Of a DNA stretch of 64,000 nucleotides, positions 58,191 to 64,000 are shown piece after piece (position 1 is the first letter of the stretch; the number at the start of each line of letters is the position of its first letter). Under the pieces are notes generated by a model. That model had not been told where the DNA came from. It ran no database searches and saw nothing but the letters and a program-made list of their open reading frames with translations. Source of the DNA: Rebecca billardiae RCC1528 (Eukaryota > Protista > Haptophyta); assembly GCA_965240325.2 (NCBI GenBank), contig OZ251231.1, positions 496,001 to 560,000 of the forward strand, written 5' to 3'. Both the position numbers and the translations under genes were made by a program.

Positions 58191-59918
58191 TCACTCGGCA
58201 TCTGCCTCGAGCTCGCCCTGGTCTTCCGCTGCCGGCGGCGCAAGCGGGTCCGCCCACACGGGCGGCAGGCTCAGCGGATCCGCCAACGAGGTTGCGCGCG
58301 CGTCGTGCCGAGCAAGGAGTGCGCCAAGCTCGCCGCGGAGGAGCGGGGCGGCGGCGGAGGGCTCGGCCCACACGTCGCGCACGCAGCTGCGCCACAGCGC
58401 GTCGGCGCACACGAGTGCCGCCTCCGCCGCCCCGCACCACTTGAGGCACACGTAGCGGGTGGCGGCGCGCTCAACGGCGACCGAGGCCTCGACAATTTCG
58501 TGCGATCTCGCGCTAAGCGTGGCGATGGACATGGGCCGCGGGAGCCCGGCGGTGGCGACGCGGATGGCACCGATGACGAGCGGGCGGCGCGCGGGATCGG
58601 CGTCGAGGAACGTCGCCAGCACCATCTCGAGCTCTGAGAAGGGCTCACGCGCGGCGAAGGACGCCAGCGACCTGCGCGCGTGCAGCGCGCGCGCCACCGT
58701 CTCAGCCGCCGGCTCCGAGTCGCCACCGGCCGGAGTCAGATCGGCCGCCGAGCACTGCTCGAGAAGGGCGCCGATGCCGGCGGGGAAGGCGGCCTCGCAG
58801 TGCTCGCGCAGCACGCTCTCGCCCTTCTTGTCCGGCGCGAGCGCGTCCCACGCGCCCAGCCGCACGCCGAGCCGCTGCAGCCGCGCGAACGGCGCCACCA
58901 GCGCCGCGCACGCCTCGCGCACGCGCGCCGCCGTCACGCGGCTCGGCGCGCTGCGCAGTGGATCGGTGAGGTCAGTGCGCAGACGGGAGCGCAGCGCGAG
59001 CTCGGCCCAGGGCGGGTCGAGCTGCGCGTGCGCGTGCGCGTGCAGCGCGTCCGCGAGCGTCGCGAGCTTGCTCGCGGCGCGCTGCCCGTACGACTCGCGC
59101 CGCGCTTGCTTGCGCTGCACCTGCCGCACGTGTATCTCGGTCGCCGAGATCGCGCCCTGCTTGGCCTGGGGGTAGAGATCGAGCAGCGCACGTGCGCTCG
59201 CGCCGTCGGAGACACGCTTGAGGTAGGCCTCGAGGCTCGCGGAGGGGTCGGGCGTGCCCATCATCCGCGCCACCACGTCGTCGGTGACGATCGGTCCGAG
59301 CCGCTCCGCACCCGCCGCCGCACCCGCCGCCGCACCCGCCGCCGCACCCGCCGCCGCGCCGAGTGACGGCGCCGTCCGCGTCGTCTGCCAGAGGTAGCAG
59401 CCGCCCCGCCGCGAGACGTCCCACGTCGCACGCGGATGGCCGAGGAGGGCGGGCGCGCTCGCCTCGGCGAAGCCGCCGTTCGTGCCCGCGCGCGTGCACT
59501 CCCAGCAGAGGAACAGCCCGAACTTGTCGTGAAGAGCCACCTTGGCGGTCTTCTTGACGCGCGCGCGCCGCAGCTTGCACGAGGGCATCTCGCAGCGCGA
59601 GGCGCATGCGAGGCGGAGGAGGCGCAGTGGCGAGGGCGTGTACACCTTGCCGTCGTCCACCAGCTGCATGAGCACGTCAAGCCGCCCCTGCGCCTTGAGC
59701 GCGACGTTCGCGACCTTTGCGCATCGGCTGCTCGGCGGATGGAAAATGCTCGCGAGCACGAGCTCATGCGAGAGCAGCGCGCACGTGCGCTTGGAGCAGG
59801 TGGCGAGGCGGAGCATGGTGTGCGCGTCGACATGCGAGAGTACGCGCTCGATGATGTCGTCGGTCAGGTCGAGCACCGCGAGGCGCCGCGGGCACTGCGG
59901 TGCTGGGGCGGGGGGCAT
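58191..59918 (-). CDS. F-box protein with Cys-rich (zinc-binding-like) module
   Basis: LDLTDDIIERVLSHVD..L.RLA.CSK (F-box); YTPSPLRLLRL..CE..C..FGLFLCWEC. Confidence 0.75.
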   Translation of the reverse strand: MPPAPAPQCPRRLAVLDLTDDIIERVLSHVDAHTMLRLATCSKRTCALLSHELVLASIFHPPSSRCAKVANVALKAQGRLDVLMQLVDDGKVYTPSPLRLLRLACASRCEMPSCKLRRARVKKTAKVALHDKFGLFLCWECTRAGTNGGFAEASAPALLGHPRATWDVSRRGGCYLWQTTRTAPSLGAAAGAAAGAAAGAAAGAERLGPIVTDDVVARMMGTPDPSASLEAYLKRVSDGASARALLDLYPQAKQGAISATEIHVRQVQRKQARRESYGQRAASKLATLADALHAHAHAQLDPPWAELALRSRLRTDLTDPLRSAPSRVTAARVREACAALVAPFARLQRLGVRLGAWDALAPDKKGESVLREHCEAAFPAGIGALLEQCSAADLTPAGGDSEPAAETVARALHARRSLASFAAREPFSELEMVLATFLDADPARRPLVIGAIRVATAGLPRPMSIATLSARSHEIVEASVAVERAATRYVCLKWCGAAEAALVCADALWRSCVRDVWAEPSAAAPLLRGELGALLARHDARATSLADPLSLPPVWADPLAPPAAEDQGELEADAE

Positions 59919-60151
59919 CGTCTCGCTTGTCGTCGTCCGTCGAGGTGCGCTACGGCCCACGGGCCACGGGCGCCGAGTGGTGACCAACGGTCTTCTTTGT
60001 CTATGTCGGTGAACCAACGGACAACCGGACAATTGAAACTGAGCTTAGCTTTTTTGCTCGGCGGCCAAAAAAAATTCTTTCGCGCGAAAATGTTTTCCTT
60101 CGAGAGAAAAAAGTTTATTCCGTATTCATCCGAAAGAAAACAGTTTTTCCG

Positions 60152-60153
<2 letters not shown>

Positions 60154-60187
<34 letters not shown>

Positions 60188-60527
60188 GCCCGAACGTTTA
60201 ACCGTGCCGCCCCCGGGCCCGTGCGGCTTTGTGCTGGCAAAGTCCGGGCGCCTTGTTTGATGCCCGGATTTAACCGTGCCGCCCCCGCGGCTTTGTGCTG
60301 GGCCTGGCGCCAAGTCCGGGCGCCTTGTTCAGTGATTAGTGATTTAATGATTAGCTAGTGGTGTCGGGAGGAACTAGGAAGTTGCAGCACATCCGGGTCT
60401 TTTGGGCGCACAATCGCCTGGTGACTGCGGTCCCTAGATACTATGCTGTCGGCGCCTGTCCGGGTCCACTCTGGTCGTAACCGGGGGCGGATCTTATCGC
60501 AGCGGGGGGGGGGGGGGGGGGGGGGGG
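60154..60527. repeat. Poly-G tracts (G31, G24) flanking a ~70-bp tandem duplication
   Basis: tttaaccgtgccgcccccg..ggctttgtgctgg..aagtccgggcgccttgtt occurs twice between 60189 and 60329. Confidence 0.8.
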
Positions 60528-60938
60528 CAGCGCCGGATTTTCGGGCGGTCTGACAGACTCATTCTATGATTTAACGACACAGGTAGAACGACGCGGGTCT
60601 CCTGATTCGTCGGCGGCAGTGCCCGATCCGCGATCGTCGACACGAAGTCGGCGTTGGCATGGCAGAGCATACTGCATAGCCTGCACCGCGATCGTAAAGC
60701 TTGAGCGCGGCCTTGAGCTGCTGAAGCGCGATCCACCTGCGCTGCGCGGCTCGCATGGACCGAGACGGGCCGATTTTCGTCCGAATTTCCGCCCCCGGGC
60801 CCGGCGGACACGGGTCAGAATAGTAATAAAATATGGGATTTTCACCGCCCACATCGTTGCCAACGGTGTTATTTAAGAAGCAGGCGTCGCAGCCAGCTGC
60901 CAGGCATCAGTCATGACAGCCCATCCGCACCCTTGAGC

Positions 60939-61958
60939 CTATGTACAGTATGCATAGGAGTCGATCTGCTCGGCGCGCAAGACGTCGACAAGCTCTGCGT
61001 GGTCACGGAGGCCGGTGCGACCGGTCATCCGCTCACGCCACGCTTGCTGCAGGGTGGCGCGGGCCTCCGTGGACAGCTTCGGCTGGCGAGGCGCGGCGAG
61101 AACTTTGGGAGCAGGCCGCGGGACCTTGTGGCCGCGGGCGAGCATGCGCTCGGTCAGCCAGCCATCGTCGAACTGCCCCGCATGCTTCGCCATGAACTCG
61201 CGAGACGAGTGCTTGACGGCGACAGCGATCCGCTCAGCGGACGGCTCGAGGCCAAGGAAGGTGCACACCTTGCGCACGTGCGCCGGCAAGTCCTCGCACA
61301 TCAGCTCGTAGCTCAGCAGCAGCACGTTGGGCAGATGGCGGATGGCCCACGCCTCGGCGAAAAAGTCGTACATGTTGGTCCCAAAGATCTTGTCGTGGCT
61401 GTACCACGCAGAGCCTTTGTCGAGCGCCATCTCGGTCGCGCTGTTGTACGGTGTGCAGAGCGGGCCGCCCTTTGCAGCGCCAAAGCTGTGGAACGACTCC
61501 AGCGTCATGGCCGGGTCGCGCACGGTCACGATGAGCTTGCAGTCGCGGGGAGCGGCCGATGGGCGCTGGTGGCACTTGAACACGCGCGGTGTGGACGCAT
61601 GGTCGGCGTTCAGGTCCAGGCCGGCGTCCTGGGCGACCTCAACCCATGGCTGCACCTGCGTGATCTCATCAAAGTCCATGGAGCCGCCCGAGCGCAGCTG
61701 CTCGCATATCTGCTGCACCAAGGTCGTGCCCGTCTTCGGGAAGGTGAGCACGATCACATCGCTCGGACGTGGCCGCCACTCCATCGCAGCCGCAGTGGAA
61801 GCGGCGTGAACAGGGGGGGCGCCCATTGGAGCGCGAGGACCGAGGACCTGCTTGATCGTCTTGGGCTGTGAGCGGCGTAGGCGGCGGAGGTACAGATGCA
61901 GGCACACGCCAGCCAGTACAGCCGCGCCAGCCGCCGCCAACCCACGGGGGTCAGCCAT
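60939..61958 (-). CDS. Sulfotransferase (Sulfotransfer_1) with N-terminal membrane anchor
   Basis: RPSDVIVLTFPKTGTT (5'-PSB loop), FKCH, IVTVRDP..LES (3'-PB), NVLLLSYELM..DL. Confidence 0.9.
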   Translation of the reverse strand: MADPRGLAAAGAAVLAGVCLHLYLRRLRRSQPKTIKQVLGPRAPMGAPPVHAASTAAAMEWRPRPSDVIVLTFPKTGTTLVQQICEQLRSGGSMDFDEITQVQPWVEVAQDAGLDLNADHASTPRVFKCHQRPSAAPRDCKLIVTVRDPAMTLESFHSFGAAKGGPLCTPYNSATEMALDKGSAWYSHDKIFGTNMYDFFAEAWAIRHLPNVLLLSYELMCEDLPAHVRKVCTFLGLEPSAERIAVAVKHSSREFMAKHAGQFDDGWLTERMLARGHKVPRPAPKVLAAPRQPKLSTEARATLQQAWRERMTGRTGLRDHAELVDVLRAEQIDSYAYCT

Positions 61959-62128
61959 CGCGCGACATCGCGAGCTTGTGTGGCTGCAGAGCTCCGGCCC
62001 TCCGGTCCCGCTGATGGGCGCATCAGCCACCCTGCGTTCAGGAATCAGCAAGGGCGTTCCCGGGATCCTGCTCACCACACGCTCCCGATGCCCGAAAAGC
62101 AAAGCCCCCCCTGCTGGGCCCGCCCGCC

Positions 62129-62757
62129 CGGGGCATTATGATAGGTAGTCGGGGCTACTAAGTAGTGCTACTTTGGTTTACTTGACTAAGTAGCGCCGAC
62201 TACTTAGCTACCTCGGTCGGCTCCCGGGCAAAGTAGTCGCGACTACTTAGCTACCTAGCTTTCCGAGACCAGCTGAGTAGTCGCGCTACTTCACTACGTA
62301 GTACTACGTAGTCGACTAGGTAGCTGCCAGCCGTGGGCGTGAGCGAGCACGGGCCACTGCCCACCGATTCGCGCGAATCGCGAGTCGCGACGAGACTCCC
62401 GTCATTCACCCGAGCCCGGCCGAGATCATCAGTTCATCAGAGCCCCGATTGGCCCGCCGCCGAGGCACGGGTCACCTTGTCCTTACTCCGCTTTGCGCGC
62501 GCGCCGACTGCAGTCGACGCCGCGCCGCCGCTGCACCGAGTGCACGCGGCCGTCGCGCCGGCCCGCGGCAGCCAGCTAGGCACGGCGACTACGTAGGTGT
62601 ACGTAGTGGCTACGTAGTCCAACTACTTAGCTACCTCGGTCGGCACCCCGGGCAAAGTAGTCAGCACTACGTAGCTACCTAGTCCTGGAACCGAGTGGAG
62701 TAGTGATGGCTACTTACGCAACTACTTAGTAAGTAAAGGTTTACCTACCATGCCCTG
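62129..62757. mobile_element. hAT-like MITE with internal ~90-bp direct repeats, inside an outer GC-rich inverted repeat (62095-62822)
   Basis: Ends cggggcat..taggta and tacctaccatgccctg; flanks cgcccgcc / cgcccccc (7 of 8 match); repeats tacttagctacctcggtcggc..cccgggcaaagtagtc at about 62201 and 62624. Confidence 0.7.
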
Positions 62758-62955
62758 CGCCCCCCCCCCCCCCCCGCGGGCGGCGGGCGGGCGGGCGGGG
62801 CCTGGGGGGGCTTTGCCTTTTTCCGTATTCATCAATGTACCCGTTTCAAATGGACGAAGCCCGTTCCAATAGGAAGACGGTTCAATTTGGCGTATGACCG
62901 ATGCGGGGAACGCCCCTGATGGATGATCGGATGGACCGATCCCGCTGATCGACCG

Positions 62956-64000
62956 ATGGCGCCCACCACCCAACCGAGGGCACCCACCACCCGGTGCGTG
63001 CTGCATGCAATGCATCGCTGGGCTCTCTTCGCCCTCGTGGCGCTCCTCGTTGCACCGCCCTCGTCGCTCGCGACCAACGTGCAGCACGGCAGGGCTGAGC
63101 GGCTGAGGCTGTGCGTGACGGTGCTCATCGAATACGAGGAGCGCACCATGAATCATTGGCTCGCGTACCATCAGCTCGTTGGCGTGCGGGAGGTATGGCT
63201 GTATATCGACGACCGGCCAATGGCTGGCAAGGACCCTCAGCGCATCGAGGAGGAGGCCAAATGGCTGCAGCGACTGGAGCGCACGTGGGGGCCGTTTGTG
63301 CGTGTTCTGTCCTTCACCCGATCACGGCTCGCTACGCAGCCGAGGGCCATGGTCCATTGCCAGTGCGAGGCTTTGCGCTTGCACGACCACCCGAACGCAA
63401 CGTATGGCGGGATCACGTGGGTTGCTTCGATCGACGGCGACGAGTACCTGCACCTCGGGGCGCCGGTGCGCGGGGCACGTGCGCCCACCACCCATGGCGG
63501 CGCGCACCCGGCATGGCGAGTGAGTGAGGTGCTCGCGGCCGTCCCGAGGCACGTGCTCGGCCTCATCATGCCGAGGCGCACATTCGTGGATGTCTATGAC
63601 GCGGACACGGGCAGCCCAGAGCATCCGGTGCAGCCCAGTGCGGCCGAGGTGGGCCAGGACTTCTTTGAGCCCAAGGTGTACACGCGCGCCGTCGCGTACG
63701 GGCCCCGCTGCCCCGGCAAGGCGCTGCTCCGCATCGGCCATGGCATGCTGCGGCAGCTGCGGCTGAATATCCACTTGATCTGGATGGTCGAGCCTTATGA
63801 GGACTGGACCTGCAAGGTGAACTTCCGTCGGGATCTGGAGAACGAGCTGCACTACCCGACGCCACTCACCAGCCTGGAAGCGACGTACATGTGCGGCTAC
63901 TTCCAGCGCACACAGCAGCTGCCAGCAGGCACCGTCGTGAAGCAGGGAAACAAACCGCTCCCTCTCGACTATGCCGCGCTGCAGGTGTACCACTATCGCA
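62956..64000 (+). CDS. GT-A fold glycosyltransferase (GT92 / Glyco_tranf_2_4-like), 3' end beyond the window
   Basis: Open frame not listed in the ORF track: hydrophobic leader WALFALVALLVA, EERTMNHWLAYHQLVGV..LYID, WVASIDGDEY (DxD), GK and terminal HY. Confidence 0.85.
   Translation, partial: MAPTTQPRAPTTRCVLHAMHRWALFALVALLVAPPSSLATNVQHGRAERLRLCVTVLIEYEERTMNHWLAYHQLVGVREVWLYIDDRPMAGKDPQRIEEEAKWLQRLERTWGPFVRVLSFTRSRLATQPRAMVHCQCEALRLHDHPNATYGGITWVASIDGDEYLHLGAPVRGARAPTTHGGAHPAWRVSEVLAAVPRHVLGLIMPRRTFVDVYDADTGSPEHPVQPSAAEVGQDFFEPKVYTRAVAYGPRCPGKALLRIGHGMLRQLRLNIHLIWMVEPYEDWTCKVNFRRDLENELHYPTPLTSLEATYMCGYFQRTQQLPAGTVVKQGNKPLPLDYAALQVYHYR

Noticed and set aside
62150-62740. CRISPR-like array of gtagctaagtag words
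   Set aside because: No constant repeat-spacer period, eukaryotic context and no cas genes; explained as MITE subterminal repeats.

Overview
Very GC-rich eukaryotic DNA with short GT..AG introns rich in (GC)n; a haptophyte alga of the Pavlovales type is my inference, not proven. About 19 genes lie in islands, often as tight head-to-head pairs, separated by DNA-transposon relics and 'stuttered' AT-richer spacers. Genes: secreted LRR protein with a VWD/root-cap-like domain, tandem MYC_N/GAF-like protein, ADAM/reprolysin protease, sterol-desaturase-family/cytochrome b5 fusion, SelM-like selenoprotein, GT61, PA-7TM-HET/TIR-like receptor, truncated pogo (DDE_1) transposase, DUF1997, divergent LeuA-like protein, Venus-flytrap/Cys-rich multipass receptor, PH protein, GNAT-ankyrin protein, ATAD5/ELG1, F-box protein, sulfotransferase and a GT92-like gene running off the end. 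The best finding is only partly called by the ORF track: a SelM-like gene with an in-frame UGA (CSAU) whose type II SECIS hairpin lies inside the open reading frame, upstream of a predicted membrane anchor and the real UGA stop. Also present are several TIR elements with target-site duplications (some nested), a 1.37-kb near-perfect tandem duplication, a CpG-depleted island, and signs of micro-duplication mutagenesis in non-coding DNA. All family assignments come from motif recognition by eye; no searches were run.
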